Positions 31,036-42,111 of a DNA stretch of 59,344 nt are shown here, piece by piece. Location of the stretch: contig JBJTMF010000063.1 of NCBI GenBank assembly GCA_046063405.1, forward strand, positions 1-59,344. The letters run 5' to 3'. The stretch comes from Microbacteriaceae bacterium. Lineage in GTDB: Bacteria > Actinomycetota > Actinomycetes > Actinomycetales > Microbacteriaceae. The notes under the pieces are model-generated. The model did not search any database. It had not been told where the DNA came from and saw nothing but the letters and a program-made list of their open reading frames with translations. The position numbers and the translations under genes were made by a program. Positions within the stretch are counted from its first letter, which is position 1, and each line of letters starts with the position of its first letter.

Positions 31036-31841
31036 GCAACTTTTCACCCAAGGTAGTTCGCACCAGCACGCTTCGGGCGTTCAAAGAAGCCGGCGAAAAA
31101 TTCGCGGTCTTGACTTCATATGATTCGCTCACTGCCGGAATTTTCGATGACAGTGGCATCGATGTGATTTTGGTGGGAGACTCCGCCGCCGACAATGCTC
31201 TTGGCTACTCCACTACCTTGCCCATCACACTCGATGAGATGATCAGCTTCGGTCGTGCCGTGGCCGGATCGGTTAAGCGCTCACTGGTTGTAGTCGACCT
31301 ACCGTTCGGCAGTTATGAGCAGTCCCCGGCGCACGCATTGGAAAGTGCACTCAAGGTGATGAAGTTCACCGGAGCCGGAGCGGTGAAACTGGAAGGCGGA
31401 GTGCGAAGCGCAGCAGCAATCAAAGCCATTACGGATGCCGGTATCCCGGTTATGGCTCACATCGGGTTTACACCACAGAGTGTGCACGGTCTCGGTGGCT
31501 TCAAAGTGCAAGGTCGAGGCGAAGATGCTCAAAAACTAATCGATGACGCAAAGGCTGTTGAAGAAGCCGGCGCTTTCGCCGTGGTTCTAGAACTTGTGCC
31601 GGCTGAACTTGCCGCAGAGGTAACCCGCCTGCAGAGCATTCCCACGATCGGAATCGGGGCGGGAAACGCCACCGACGGCCAAGTGTTGGTTTGGACAGAT
31701 TTTGCGGGGATGCACGGCGGCACGAAGCGCAAGTTTGTCAGGCAGTACGCAAACCTTCGCGAGACCCTCGCGGCCGCGGCCAGCGCATACCGACAAGATG
31801 TTCGATCCGGTGATTTCCCGAACGAGGCCGAAGAGTTCTAG
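31032..31841 (+). CDS. panB: 3-methyl-2-oxobutanoate hydroxymethyltransferase
   Basis: LTSYD, ILVGDS, DLPFGSY, VKLEGG, HIGFTPQ, IGIGAG; GTGA overlap with the RidA gene. Confidence 0.96.
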   Translation: MSNFSPKVVRTSTLRAFKEAGEKFAVLTSYDSLTAGIFDDSGIDVILVGDSAADNALGYSTTLPITLDEMISFGRAVAGSVKRSLVVVDLPFGSYEQSPAHALESALKVMKFTGAGAVKLEGGVRSAAAIKAITDAGIPVMAHIGFTPQSVHGLGGFKVQGRGEDAQKLIDDAKAVEEAGAFAVVLELVPAELAAEVTRLQSIPTIGIGAGNATDGQVLVWTDFAGMHGGTKRKFVRQYANLRETLAAAASAYRQDVRSGDFPNEAEEF

Positions 31842-32050
31842 TTTCTCTCTTCTTCATCATCCTTCGACCAGGCGCGACTCTTATCGGCTAGCAGTTTCAG
31901 GGCATTGCCTGCTTCATCCGAGGTGGCGAAAGGCCCAACGCGATACTTACTTGGTGAAAAATACCCGTGTTCAACCTCAAGTGTTTTTAGATTGAACCAC
32001 CAGTTATCGTCAGAGCCATCGCTCGAGATTTTGGGTCGCTCTTGTGTCAT
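31838..32050 (-). CDS. Small conserved actinobacterial protein next to map
   Basis: [13 protein letters not shown]...[11 protein letters not shown]...W pattern; divergent from map. Confidence 0.75.
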   Translation of the reverse strand: MTQERPKISSDGSDDNWWFNLKTLEVEHGYFSPSKYRVGPFATSDEAGNALKLLADKSRAWSKDDEEERN

Positions 32051-32087
32051 GCCGAAACCAATCTTTAGCTCAAACTAGACTAACTGC

Positions 32088-32951
32088 ATGCCGAAAGACA
32101 CCATGGGACACCTGATTGCGGGTCACCTGTCACCTCGGCGGGATGTTCCATCCGCTATCGTTCGACCGGCGTATGTAGGAAAACCGGCCCCAGACAAATT
32201 TCGGGGCAGCGATGTGAAAACCTCCGAACAAATTGAAAAGATTCGCGCCGCAGGCAAGATTGCGGCCCAGGCAATCGAGCTAGCCGGTGCAAATGCCAAG
32301 CCCGGCGTAACGACCGACCAACTTGATGCACTTGTGCATGAGTTCGTTCTCGACCATGGTGCCTACCCGAGCACGCTTGGATATCGCGGATACCCCAAAT
32401 CTTCTTGCACTTCGGTGAATGAAGTCATCTGTCACGGCATACCCGATGACACCGTTCTGGAAGAAGGCGACATCGTCAACGTCGATGTAACTGCCTACCT
32501 CGAAGGCTTTCATGGCGACAGCAACCAGACCTTCGAGGTTGGTCGAGTTAGCCCCGAGGTTCACGATTTGGTTGAGCGCACACGCGAGGCGTTGAATCGC
32601 GGGCTAATGGTGGTAGCGCCAGGTCGAGAAGTCAATGTAATCGGTCGCGCAATTGAGTCCTACGCTAAGCGTTTTAACTACGGCGTTGTGCGCGATTTTA
32701 CCGGACACGGTATCGGCGAGGCATTTCATTCTGGACTAATAATCCCCCACTACGACACCAATGCCTATCGCGATGTGATGGAAGTTGGAATGGTTTTCAC
32801 TATCGAACCGATGCTCACACTAGGTACACATCAGTGGGACATGTGGGAAGACCGTTGGACCGTAACCACTCGAGACAAATCGATTACGGCGCAGTTCGAG
32901 CACACTTTGGTCGTGACCGAAACGGGCTACGAGATTCTGACATTGGCGTAG
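32088..32951 (+). CDS. map: Methionine aminopeptidase type I
   Basis: [36 protein letters not shown]. Confidence 0.97.
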   Translation: MPKDTMGHLIAGHLSPRRDVPSAIVRPAYVGKPAPDKFRGSDVKTSEQIEKIRAAGKIAAQAIELAGANAKPGVTTDQLDALVHEFVLDHGAYPSTLGYRGYPKSSCTSVNEVICHGIPDDTVLEEGDIVNVDVTAYLEGFHGDSNQTFEVGRVSPEVHDLVERTREALNRGLMVVAPGREVNVIGRAIESYAKRFNYGVVRDFTGHGIGEAFHSGLIIPHYDTNAYRDVMEVGMVFTIEPMLTLGTHQWDMWEDRWTVTTRDKSITAQFEHTLVVTETGYEILTLA

Positions 32952-32959
32952 GAGAGAAC

Positions 32960-33715
32960 ATGGGAAAAAAGGCGCTAGGAATTGACATCGGTGGCACCGG
33001 AATCAAAGCCGCCATTGCCGACATAAAATCTGGTGAGCTAGCCTCGGAGCGAATTAGAGTCGAAACTCCCGCCGGCGGGCGTCCTGACGATGTTGCAAAA
33101 GCTGTGACGGATGTGCTCGCTCGTTTGAAGGTGACACCAGAAATGCCGATTGGCATTTGTTTTCCTGCTGTGGTTCAACACGGCATTACGAAGTCGGCAG
33201 CAAACATTTCTGATGAATGGATTGGCCTCGACGCGCACGAATTATTCACCAACCGATTGCATCGCAAAATCCATATCATGAATGATGCCGATGCCGCTGG
33301 TGTCGCCGAAGCAAGATACGGTGCGGCGAAGTCGGTTGCCGGTTTGACAATTTTAACAACTCTCGGAACAGGCATCGGTAGCGCTTTGCTCTACAACGGG
33401 GAGCTCATTCCGAATTCCGAGCTTGGCCACATTCAGATCGAGGGCAAGGATTGGGAGACTCAGGCAGCTTTTTCTGCCAAAGAGCGCGAGAACCTCAACT
33501 GGAAACAGTGGGCTGGTCGCTTGCAGAAGTACTACTCAACGCTAGAGGCCCTGCTGGTGCCTGACTTATTCGTGGTCGGTGGCGGTGTTAGCAAGATGCA
33601 TGCCGAGTTTTTGCCACTGTTGAAACTAAACACCAAAATTGTTCCCGCTAAGACCCGCAATACGGCGGGAATTCTGGGTGCGGCCGCTCTGGCACATAAG
33701 AATCGCTCAAAGTAG
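32960..33715 (+). CDS. ppgK: Polyphosphate glucokinase (ROK family)
   Basis: GIDIGGTGIK, NDADAAG, TLGTGIGSAL, NSELGH, GGGVSK; AGGAG RBS. Confidence 0.92.
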   Translation: MGKKALGIDIGGTGIKAAIADIKSGELASERIRVETPAGGRPDDVAKAVTDVLARLKVTPEMPIGICFPAVVQHGITKSAANISDEWIGLDAHELFTNRLHRKIHIMNDADAAGVAEARYGAAKSVAGLTILTTLGTGIGSALLYNGELIPNSELGHIQIEGKDWETQAAFSAKERENLNWKQWAGRLQKYYSTLEALLVPDLFVVGGGVSKMHAEFLPLLKLNTKIVPAKTRNTAGILGAAALAHKNRSK

Positions 33716-34062
33716 GTGGATGGGCCAACCGATACGCCGGGTTCTGTACCTTTCGGTGGCGATCATCTATCTAGGACCTGCGTTACCGCAGATCTCGAGC
33801 GACCTACCCGTTGACTAAGGCGAGCAGCCAAGCGTCAACTATCTGGTCTTGCTCCAAACGAGGTTTACCTAGCCGAACCACTCACATGGCTCGCTGGTGG
33901 TCTCTTACACCACCGTTTCACCCTTACCGATTAATCGGCGGTTTACTCTCTGTTGCACTTTCTCGCGGGTTGCCCCGAGTGGGAGTTACCCACCGTTTTG
34001 CTCTATGGAGCCCGGACGTTCCTCGACATTTCTGTCGCGATCGCCTGGTTGACCCATCCGCC
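33715..34062 (-). ncRNA. rnpB: RNase P RNA, bacterial type A
   Basis: Minus strand: GAGGAACGTCCGGGCTCC, GAAAGTGCAACAGA, GGGTGAAACGG, GGTAAACC...GGAGCAAG, ACAGAACCCGGCGTA; ends pair to form P1 (GGATGGGTCAACC / GGTTGGCCCATCC). Confidence 0.95.
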
Positions 34063-34069
34063 TTAAAGA

Positions 34070-35236
34070 TTAGCCGAGGTGCGCAGTGGAATTCACTGTG
34101 ATTATTTCGGCCGCTTCGCTCCCCCAGTAACGAACAACCGAAACCGAACAAGGCGCTACCTGAAGACTCCAGTAAACCGAAGGAGGTGTTCCAAGAACCT
34201 TGCCAATCAGCCCACGAATCGGCATCACATGAGCGACGACCACGACAGTGCGGCCGGCGTATTTTTTAACGAGCCCCTTTTGAGCCTCCGCGATGCGGGC
34301 ATCGAATGTTTCAAGCGATTCTCCGTCCGGAGGGCTCACCGTCCATGAACCTCGCCAACCTTCAAATAATTCTGGATCAAGCGCTTTTGCCTCATCGTTG
34401 GATTTTCCGTCCCAAGTGCCAAACGAAATCTCTGCAATGTTGTCCTCAATCGCGACATCGCTCAACCCAAGACGCTCGGCAATAATCGATGCGGTTTCGC
34501 GGGTGCGCAGGATAGGGCTGGTGATAATCGCGTCTGGAGAATCCATGTGCGCGTAGGCACCGGTTTTTCCAAATTCGGCAAGCAACCTGGCAACTCGCGT
34601 GGCATCTTCGCGACCCAGATCACTAAGCGGCGGGTTCTCACCTCCGCGCCCCGAAATTTTCGCAGACTCGGTGAGGTGAGTTCTGCCGTGACGCACCAAG
34701 ATAACAGTGGTTGGCGCTTGAGTTACATGCCCAGGCGCGCGAACCGAACTTGGCAGTTTGCGGTTGAACTCTTTGACCATTGCCGGAGACTCAACGCTGA
34801 CCTGTTCGACGAGGGCTGGTTCAAGGTTGCGACGCGAATCCATGGCGAGGTTGGCCAAGGCATCGGCCTTCGAATTCTGTTCACGTGGAATCCACTGGTA
34901 GTTGATCGGAAGTGCCTGAGCAATCGCCTGAACCTGCGCGGCCAGAATTCGCATGTCTGGATGTTTGATTTTCCAGCCACCCGATAGCTGCTCGATAACG
35001 AGTTTGCTGTCCATGCGTACGGTGATCGCATCCGCAGGTGGAAGGTCGCCGAGCGCTTTTAGCGCAGCAAGAACAGCTCGATATTCAGCAACGTTGTTGG
35101 TCGCGATGCCGATATACTCCGAAATTTCTCGAAGAATTTCACCCGTTTCGGCATCGATGATGACGGCCCCACTGCCCGAAGGCCCAGGGTTGCCGCGCGA
35201 GCCACCATCGGCTTCGATAACGTACCTCGGGCTCAT
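34070..35236 (-). CDS. Bifunctional RNase HI / histidine phosphatase (RnhA-CobC-type fusion)
   Basis: EADGGSRGNPG, TNNVAEY, MDSKLV, ADALAN, followed by LVRHG, SPILR, EISFG, VAH. Confidence 0.92.
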   Translation of the reverse strand: MSPRYVIEADGGSRGNPGPSGSGAVIIDAETGEILREISEYIGIATNNVAEYRAVLAALKALGDLPPADAITVRMDSKLVIEQLSGGWKIKHPDMRILAAQVQAIAQALPINYQWIPREQNSKADALANLAMDSRRNLEPALVEQVSVESPAMVKEFNRKLPSSVRAPGHVTQAPTTVILVRHGRTHLTESAKISGRGGENPPLSDLGREDATRVARLLAEFGKTGAYAHMDSPDAIITSPILRTRETASIIAERLGLSDVAIEDNIAEISFGTWDGKSNDEAKALDPELFEGWRGSWTVSPPDGESLETFDARIAEAQKGLVKKYAGRTVVVVAHVMPIRGLIGKVLGTPPSVYWSLQVAPCSVSVVRYWGSEAAEIITVNSTAHLG

Positions 35237-35237
35237 G

Positions 35238-35951
35238 CTAACGAATCAACAAAGCCTGGCAGTTTGGGCAACTCGGTAGCTCATCGCTCGCCGTTCCAAC
35301 TACCTCGTCATATGCGGCTGCGGTCAGCGCTAGGCGGCAGGCTCCGCACTCTCGACCGATCAGATTGGCAGCACCGGTTCCGCGCGATTGTAGTTTTTCG
35401 TAGCGCTCGAAGAGTTCTGTCGGCAATTCTGCAGCCTTATTGGCTCGTTCGTGTCGCGTGACATCCAGGCCAGAACTCAGTTTCACCAAGTCGGCTTGAT
35501 TCTTAGACTCCAACTCTTCGAGCAGTGAAGCAGCGTTCTTGCGAGCCGCTTCGGCTGTCTCACGCGAAGTCTTGGCCGCCTCGAGTTGATCAAGCAGAGC
35601 TAGTTCCGCGTCTTCTAGGTCGCTCTGGCGTGCCGCCAGCGAACGCAGCTCACTTTCGATTCCGTCGATCTCTCGAGTAGAAGAAGACTGTGCCAACAAG
35701 GTTTTATCGTGCGCAATTCGCTTCTCGACGCTGTCAAGGTCGGATGCAGTCTTCCTAATCTCAAGTTCAAGGTTCTCTTCGATGACTCGCGCTGCTAAGA
35801 GTCGCTCGCTAGCTTCCGTGAGTTCGCTTCGAAGCTTGTCTACCTGCGATCCAGCAAGGATCGATGCCTTCTCTACCTCTAATCGAGCAATGTCTAGATC
35901 CAGGTTTGCAACCAGAAGCAAGAGCTGCTGGATTTGCGGTGTTGCTTTCAT
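35238..35951 (-). CDS. Coiled-coil C4 zinc-ribbon protein (DUF164 type)
   Basis: MKA start, long heptad region, CGAC...CPNC. Confidence 0.88.
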   Translation of the reverse strand: MKATPQIQQLLLLVANLDLDIARLEVEKASILAGSQVDKLRSELTEASERLLAARVIEENLELEIRKTASDLDSVEKRIAHDKTLLAQSSSTREIDGIESELRSLAARQSDLEDAELALLDQLEAAKTSRETAEAARKNAASLLEELESKNQADLVKLSSGLDVTRHERANKAAELPTELFERYEKLQSRGTGAANLIGRECGACRLALTAAAYDEVVGTASDELPSCPNCQALLIR

Positions 35952-36766
35952 TAATTTCCTCTGTTGATTGAAAAAGACCAAGGATCGGTAACGAGTTCTG
36001 AAACCTCAAATTCGAGTCCTGGCAGAACCTGTCTAAGTTTCTTCTTAGCGACCTCGAGCCACAGTGATTCTGCCGCCCAGTGTGAAATGTCCACGAGCGA
36101 GAAATGAGACGTCGACGGGCTCAAGGTCGCATCAAGCGCAACGTGGTGTCTCAAATCAGAGGTGACATAAACATCGGCACCGCTTGCTTGAGCGTTTGCG
36201 ATGAATGCGTCTCCAGCGCCTGCGCATAAAGCCACGCTCTGAATGAGCTGTTCTGGGTTGCCCGTAGCAGCGATACCGCGAGCAGTGAATGGCAAAACCT
36301 CAGCAAGGTGCGCCACAAAATTCTTGAGTGGCACGGCCTTCGGCAGGCGTCCAATGCGACCATGCCCGATTGACTCGTCAGCCGCGACTACGAGTGGCTT
36401 AGTGTCGAGCAGCCCGATGGCTTTTGCCAAGGTGTCACTAACTCCATCTTCAACAACATCGGCGTTGGTATGCGCCGAATAGATCGAGACATTACGCTTG
36501 ATCGCCGACTGAATCAACGCACCTTTAAGTGAATCGTGATTAGCGTCGTTGGTGCCTCTGAGCAAAAGTGGGTGATGAGTGAAAAGCACGTCACAGTTTT
36601 TCTCGGCGGCTTCTGCAATCACCGCGCCAGTGACATCCACGCTTAGCAGCACGCGCCGGATCTCTTTGTGAAGGGAAACAGAGAATCCAGGCGCATCCCA
36701 GTCATCGGCGTTACTAAGTGGCCAGATGCTCTCTACAGCTTGGGCGAACAACTTGGAATCATTCAT
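35951..36766 (-). CDS. Nif3-like dinuclear metal-centre protein
   Basis: WDAPG, THHPLL, AHTNAD, GAGD, TSDLRHH, SHWAAE. Confidence 0.93.
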   Translation of the reverse strand: MNDSKLFAQAVESIWPLSNADDWDAPGFSVSLHKEIRRVLLSVDVTGAVIAEAAEKNCDVLFTHHPLLLRGTNDANHDSLKGALIQSAIKRNVSIYSAHTNADVVEDGVSDTLAKAIGLLDTKPLVVAADESIGHGRIGRLPKAVPLKNFVAHLAEVLPFTARGIAATGNPEQLIQSVALCAGAGDAFIANAQASGADVYVTSDLRHHVALDATLSPSTSHFSLVDISHWAAESLWLEVAKKKLRQVLPGLEFEVSELVTDPWSFSINRGN

Positions 36767-38591
36767 ACGAGTCGAAGCCCGCCAACTGGTTGCGACGAAC
36801 TTCGATGTTGCGAACTTCGCCTTGCTGGTAACGGATGCGCACCCACGAGGTGCTCAGTGTGAAGCCGATCGAAAGCGCTGATACGAAAAGTGGCAGGGTC
36901 GCAACTCCAAGAACCTCAGGGGTGGTGAGGGCGGCAATCGAAGGAGACGCAACTATCGAGGCAGCGGCGAGAGAAATGAATCCAAAAAGAGCGGCGATGG
37001 CAAATCTCCGGTAGAACGCGTAACCGCGTTGCAACGATAATTCGTGGAATGTATCTGTTCGCAGAAATGCTTCAACCAAGTAAGGAAGCTGAGCCGCGAA
37101 CACCACAGCCAAGATTGTTGCTAACCAGTTTGAGATCAACTCAGGAATATTGAGTTGAGTAACTAAGACAACGGCGCCGGCTGTGAGCGCAATTGAGAGC
37201 AGCTTTATCCAAGGGTTTGTAAGACGGAGGGCAGACAGGTCGAACTGAATCTGAACCATCAAGATGAGCCCAAGGGCCAAAGCCGCTGAGCCAAACCCGA
37301 ATACCAGTAGGCCTGAAGTGGCACCAAACGCCACCGATGCAATCGCCACTGCAAGAGCTGCAGGAAGCAATTGTTTGAAGGCCACTGCCTTGGCCAACCG
37401 CCACGGATTCACATTGCTCAAAACTTCGTTGTTGCTTGGCCCAGCCAGGAATGCATCGCCCACAACGTAAATAAGAGCTACCGACGTTAGTGATACGGCA
37501 TCGAAGGAAACTAAAGGGGTTCCATTGACTGAAGCCAGCGAGAATGCAGTCAGAACGATACCAAGACCCGAGAGCACGGCAATGGCCCATTTAGTGGCTG
37601 GTGGTATTAGCTTGAGTAGCCAAAGAACAAGTGCCATCAGCAAGGCGAAGCCGGCTTGGCTAGACCATTCAATAGCGCCAAGTGTGGTGAGTTGAGCAGG
37701 CAGGGAATACTCTGCAAAAACCTCTTGGGTTGCCACCCAAACCAGCAATGCGATGCTGAACAAGCGAATCAAGAAAAGCACTTTGGTGGGCAAAAAGGCT
37801 CCCCACACACCGAAGGTGGCGCGCGAAAGAACTTGATGAGAACTGCTGCCTCGTGATTTCGAAAGAGCGAAGCCAAAGGACAATAAGGCCGACATGGCGA
37901 TACCGATTAACGAACCAAACAAGACATTTCCAAAGGAGTATCCGTTTGCGATAAAAAGCGAAGACAGCACGACCGGCACAGCAAGCGACTTGAAGTCAAA
38001 AGTTAGGGCAGACCCTGCAGGTTTTGCCTTAGGAGATTTTCTAGGTTGAACCACTGCATCGACCATCGAACCGGTAACTGCTGCCTGAGGTGGGGCCGCT
38101 AGTGATGAGATCGGTGCAATGTTTTGTTCAACTTCCTCAAGAGCGGTGGCATCCTCTGCTGCCGCGTTGTGATCGAAAGCTTCGTTCACTTCGGCAACTA
38201 TCTGGTTGAGGGTGGTGGTTACGGTTACCTCTGATGCCGAGATGGGCTCAATCGGGAAATCCTCTTCGGATTCCTCGACGGACATTTCGAGTTCAACCTG
38301 CCCAGACTCAAACTGAGACGACTCTTCGGGTTCTGGAGAAAAACGAACTTCGTGTTCAGATTCTTCGACCGATTCAGATTCGTTACTTGACATCAACAAA
38401 TTGTTGAATTTTGAGTCTTCCCAGGCACGGAGCGCTTCGGCATCCTCGCGGCGAATCTGTTCCTGTTGTTCGAGCAGAATCATGGCTGCTAACAAACCGT
38501 CTGGTGATTGTTTTGCCTCATCGAGGGCGGCGTTCAACTCAGCATCACTTAGGGCTCTGGGAGTCGGCCGTTCGAACTCGGCATTGTTCAT
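36759..38591 (-). CDS. Polytopic membrane protein with a long acidic N-terminus; distant NCS1 (purine-cytosine permease)-like
   Basis: About 190-aa Glu-rich N-terminus then roughly 11-12 hydrophobic segments; QVLSRATFGVWG resembles the NCS1 SRxxFGxxG motif. Confidence 0.6.
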   Translation of the reverse strand: MNNAEFERPTPRALSDAELNAALDEAKQSPDGLLAAMILLEQQEQIRREDAEALRAWEDSKFNNLLMSSNESESVEESEHEVRFSPEPEESSQFESGQVELEMSVEESEEDFPIEPISASEVTVTTTLNQIVAEVNEAFDHNAAAEDATALEEVEQNIAPISSLAAPPQAAVTGSMVDAVVQPRKSPKAKPAGSALTFDFKSLAVPVVLSSLFIANGYSFGNVLFGSLIGIAMSALLSFGFALSKSRGSSSHQVLSRATFGVWGAFLPTKVLFLIRLFSIALLVWVATQEVFAEYSLPAQLTTLGAIEWSSQAGFALLMALVLWLLKLIPPATKWAIAVLSGLGIVLTAFSLASVNGTPLVSFDAVSLTSVALIYVVGDAFLAGPSNNEVLSNVNPWRLAKAVAFKQLLPAALAVAIASVAFGATSGLLVFGFGSAALALGLILMVQIQFDLSALRLTNPWIKLLSIALTAGAVVLVTQLNIPELISNWLATILAVVFAAQLPYLVEAFLRTDTFHELSLQRGYAFYRRFAIAALFGFISLAAASIVASPSIAALTTPEVLGVATLPLFVSALSIGFTLSTSWVRIRYQQGEVRNIEVRRNQLAGFDSYE

Positions 38592-38648
38592 AATCGAAAT
38601 CTTACCGATGCCTATGCGGATAATCCGCAGGCTTCCTTGTTCGAGATG

Positions 38649-38721
38649 TGGGCCCTACCGGGCTCGAACCGATGACATCCACGGTGTAAGCGTGGCGCTC
38701 TACCAACTGAGCTAAAGGCCC
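38649..38721 (-). tRNA. tRNA-Val (TAC)
   Basis: GGGCCTTTAGCTCAGTTGGTAGAGCGCCACGCT-TAC-ACCGTGG...GGTTCGAGCCC...GGGCCCA; CCA not encoded. Confidence 0.95.
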
Positions 38722-38784
38722 TGATGCTCCAACTTGCGTCGGGCAACTTGACTACCCTACAACAACTCGGAGCGAAAAGTGAAA

Positions 38785-39243
38785 CTAGAGCGCCGCGATC
38801 GCATTGCGGTACTCCTCGAGGTTGCGTGCCTGTCCTGGAGCCGTGATGAATTTGGCTGCGAGTTCACCGGTCTTATTGATCACGAAAGTTGCACGATTTG
38901 CAATGCCAGCCTCTTCGATAAACACCCCGTAGTCTTTGGCGACTTGTCCATGCGGCCAGAAGTCGGCTAGGACGCTGAACTGGTAGCCCTCTTCCTCAGC
39001 GAACTTCTTCTGAACAAATTTGCTGTCCACAGAAATAGCCAAGAGTTCGACGTCATCCTGGGCTAGCGAAGCAAAGTTGTCTCGCAATTCGCAAAGTTCA
39101 CCAGTGCAAATACCCGAAAAAGAAAGTGGGTAAAACACTAAAACCACGTTGCGCTTGCCACGGAAATCACTGAGGGTGACCGTTTCACCAAACTGGTTGA
39201 TCAAAGAAAAGTCTGGTGCAGTATCGCCAATAATGAGTGTCAT
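38785..39243 (-). CDS. ahpE: Peroxiredoxin, AhpE type
   Basis: [33 protein letters not shown]; ATG 39243 after GAGG RBS. Confidence 0.88.
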   Translation of the reverse strand: MTLIIGDTAPDFSLINQFGETVTLSDFRGKRNVVLVFYPLSFSGICTGELCELRDNFASLAQDDVELLAISVDSKFVQKKFAEEEGYQFSVLADFWPHGQVAKDYGVFIEEAGIANRATFVINKTGELAAKFITAPGQARNLEEYRNAIAAL

Positions 39244-39370
39244 TTTTTCCTCTCGACTCGCAATAAAACTAGCGAGCGCCGTATTTACTTCCCGTAGCAG
39301 AATAAACTTGCCTAGTGGCTTTACCCAAGCCGCAGCATTTAGTCTCCATCCCCCACGAAAGAGGATGCCG

Positions 39371-42097
39371 GTGTCACTGAACATTAATGATCCATACGCG
39401 GTAACAAAGCCGGATATCGATCCAGAAGAAACCGCCGAGTGGCTCGAATCACTTGACGCCGTAGCCAGAGTGCACGGCAAGGATCGTGCTCGCGAAATCA
39501 TGACGCACCTTCTCAAGCGTTCGCGTGAACTTCAGCTCAATGTTGCATCGGGGACCAACACCGACTACATCAACACCATCCCAACCGAGGCAGAGCCAGA
39601 GTTCCCTGGCGATGAGCAAATCGAACGCACTTACCGTGCCTGGATGCGCTGGAACGCTGCGATGCTGGTACACCGTGCCCAGCGCCCGGGAATCGGCGTT
39701 GGTGGCCACATATCAACCTTTGCATCTTCGGCCTCGCTCTACGAGGTTGGTTTCAACCACTTCTTCAAGGGGCAAGATCACCCTTCCGGCGGGGATCAAA
39801 TCTTCGTTCAAGGACACGCCTCTCCGGGTCCTTACGCCCGCGCCTTCCTGGAAGGACGCCTTAGTGCCGATCAGCTCGACGGTTTCCGTCAGGAGCGCTC
39901 TCACGCTGGCGGCGGACTTTCCTCGTACCCGCATCCACGTCTCATGCCAGATTTCTGGCAGTTTCCTACCGTGTCGATGGGTATCGGCCCAATCAATGCG
40001 ATCTACCAGGCTCAGGCCAACCGGTACCTAACCGAACGCGGCTTTAAAGACGCATCACAACAGCACGTTTGGGCTTTCCTAGGCGATGGTGAGCTCGACG
40101 AGGTTGAGTCTCGTGGAGCGCTTCAGTTGGCAGCGAACGATGGTCTCGACAACTTGACCTTCGTGGTTAACTGCAACCTTCAGCGTCTCGATGGACCTGT
40201 GCGCGGTAACGGCAAGATCGTGCAGGAACTCGAAGCCTTCTTCCGTGGCGCCGGTTGGAACGTTATCAAGGTCATCTGGGGTCGCGAATGGGATGACCTG
40301 CTCGCCCGTGACACTGAGGGTGCTCTGATCGATTTGATGAACAACACCCCTGACGGCGACTTCCAAACTTTCAAGACCGAAGATGGCGCGTTCATTCGTG
40401 AAAACTTCTTCGGACGTGACCCAAGAACTGCGGCGCTGGTTGCAAACATGACCGATGAGCAGATCTGGGGACTCAAACGCGGTGGCCACGATTACCGCAA
40501 GGTTTATGCAGCCTACAAGGCGGCGATGGAGCACAAGGGCCAGCCAACGGTCATCCTCGCAAAAACCATCAAGGGTTACGGACTCGGTAAGTCATTCGAG
40601 GGTCGCAATGCTACGCACCAGATGAAAAAGCTGACGCTCGATAATCTGAAGGCTTTCCGTGACGAAATGCGCATCCCAATCACCGATGCGCAGCTCGAGG
40701 AAAACCCATACCAGCCGCCGTATTTCCACCCGGGACACGACGCCCCTGAAATTCAGTACATGCACGAACGCCGCCGTGAACTTGGAGGTTACTTACCGGA
40801 GCGTCGCAGCAAGTACGTGCAAATGGAACTCCCCGAAGAAAAGACCTACGCGGTAGCCAAGGGTGGTTCGGGAACTCAAGACGTTGCGACGACTATGGCC
40901 TTCGTTCGCCTTCTCAAGGACCTTCTCCGTGCACCAGAGTTCGGTAACCGAATCGTGCCGATTATTCCGGACGAGGCCCGCACATTTGGTATGGATGCCT
41001 TCTTCCCAACCGCCAAGATCTACAACCCGAAGGGTCAGCACTACATCTCGGTAGATCGTGATCACTTGCTCTCCTACAAGGAATCTCCAGCGGGTCAGAT
41101 TATCCACACCGGAATCAACGAAGCTGGATCGGTGGCTGCCTTTACCGCCATCGGAACCTCTTACGCGACTCAGGGTCAGCCACTGATTCCGATGTATGTG
41201 TTCTATTCCATGTTCGGATTCCAGCGCACAGCTGATGCTATCTGGGCAGCTAGCGACCAGATGGCTCGCGGATTCATGATTGGTGCTACCGCAGGTCGAA
41301 CCACACTGACCGGTGAAGGCCTGCAGCACGCAGACGGTCACTCGCCGATCTTGGCGTCGACCAACGCTGCCGTGGTCACTTACGACCCTGCGTACGGATA
41401 TGAAATCGGTCACATCATTCGCTCCGGCATTGAACGCATGTATGGCGGAAACCATCCGGATCCGAACGTGATTTATTACGTGACGGTTTACAACGAGCCT
41501 TACGTTCAGCCAGCTGAGCCTGAAGGTGTCGATGTAGACGGAATCATCCGAGGCATTCATAAGATCAGCAACAACCCAGCCGAGGGGCGCAAGGCGCAAA
41601 TCCTGGCTTCAGGTGTGGCGGTTCCTTGGGCTTACGAGGCTCAGAAACTTCTACAAGAAGACTGGGGCGTCTCGGCTGACATTTGGTCGGTAACCTCTTG
41701 GACGGAGTTGCGCCGTGACGGACTCGCCCACGACGAAGCCGTGTTCTTGAACCCAGGCGTTGAATTCCAGAAGCCTTACATCACTCAGAAGCTAGAAGGG
41801 CACCACGGCCCAGTCTTGGGTGTGAGTGACTTCATGCACGCAGTGCCAGATCAAATTCGCAACTGGGTCCCAAGCGACTATGCAACTCTGGGCGCAGACG
41901 GATTCGGTTTCTCCGACACCCGTGCGGCCGCGCGCAGAGCGTTCAAGATTGATGGTCCTTCGATTGCGGTTCGCGTGCTCCAGCAACTGGTTGCTCGTGG
42001 CGAAATAGATCCGTCCGTTCTTGCTCAAGCCATCGAACGTTACCGCTTGCACGACGTCAACGCCGGAACTAGCGGCAACACCGGCGGCGACGCCTAG
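39371..42097 (+). CDS. aceE: Pyruvate dehydrogenase E1, homodimeric
   Basis: [23 protein letters not shown]...[19 protein letters not shown]; GTG 39371 (or ATG 39365). Confidence 0.97.
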   Translation: MSLNINDPYAVTKPDIDPEETAEWLESLDAVARVHGKDRAREIMTHLLKRSRELQLNVASGTNTDYINTIPTEAEPEFPGDEQIERTYRAWMRWNAAMLVHRAQRPGIGVGGHISTFASSASLYEVGFNHFFKGQDHPSGGDQIFVQGHASPGPYARAFLEGRLSADQLDGFRQERSHAGGGLSSYPHPRLMPDFWQFPTVSMGIGPINAIYQAQANRYLTERGFKDASQQHVWAFLGDGELDEVESRGALQLAANDGLDNLTFVVNCNLQRLDGPVRGNGKIVQELEAFFRGAGWNVIKVIWGREWDDLLARDTEGALIDLMNNTPDGDFQTFKTEDGAFIRENFFGRDPRTAALVANMTDEQIWGLKRGGHDYRKVYAAYKAAMEHKGQPTVILAKTIKGYGLGKSFEGRNATHQMKKLTLDNLKAFRDEMRIPITDAQLEENPYQPPYFHPGHDAPEIQYMHERRRELGGYLPERRSKYVQMELPEEKTYAVAKGGSGTQDVATTMAFVRLLKDLLRAPEFGNRIVPIIPDEARTFGMDAFFPTAKIYNPKGQHYISVDRDHLLSYKESPAGQIIHTGINEAGSVAAFTAIGTSYATQGQPLIPMYVFYSMFGFQRTADAIWAASDQMARGFMIGATAGRTTLTGEGLQHADGHSPILASTNAAVVTYDPAYGYEIGHIIRSGIERMYGGNHPDPNVIYYVTVYNEPYVQPAEPEGVDVDGIIRGIHKISNNPAEGRKAQILASGVAVPWAYEAQKLLQEDWGVSADIWSVTSWTELRRDGLAHDEAVFLNPGVEFQKPYITQKLEGHHGPVLGVSDFMHAVPDQIRNWVPSDYATLGADGFGFSDTRAAARRAFKIDGPSIAVRVLQQLVARGEIDPSVLAQAIERYRLHDVNAGTSGNTGGDA

Positions 42098-42111
42098 CCC
42101 AAAGGAGAGAA

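Noticed and set aside
33811-34151. ORFs 33811-34101 (+) and 33924-34151 (-)
   Set aside because: They lie over the RNase P RNA gene and are spurious translations
38610-38632. Hairpin TGCGGA-TAA-TCCGCA downstream of tRNA-Val
   Set aside because: No U-tract; cannot distinguish a terminator, processing signal or operator from chance
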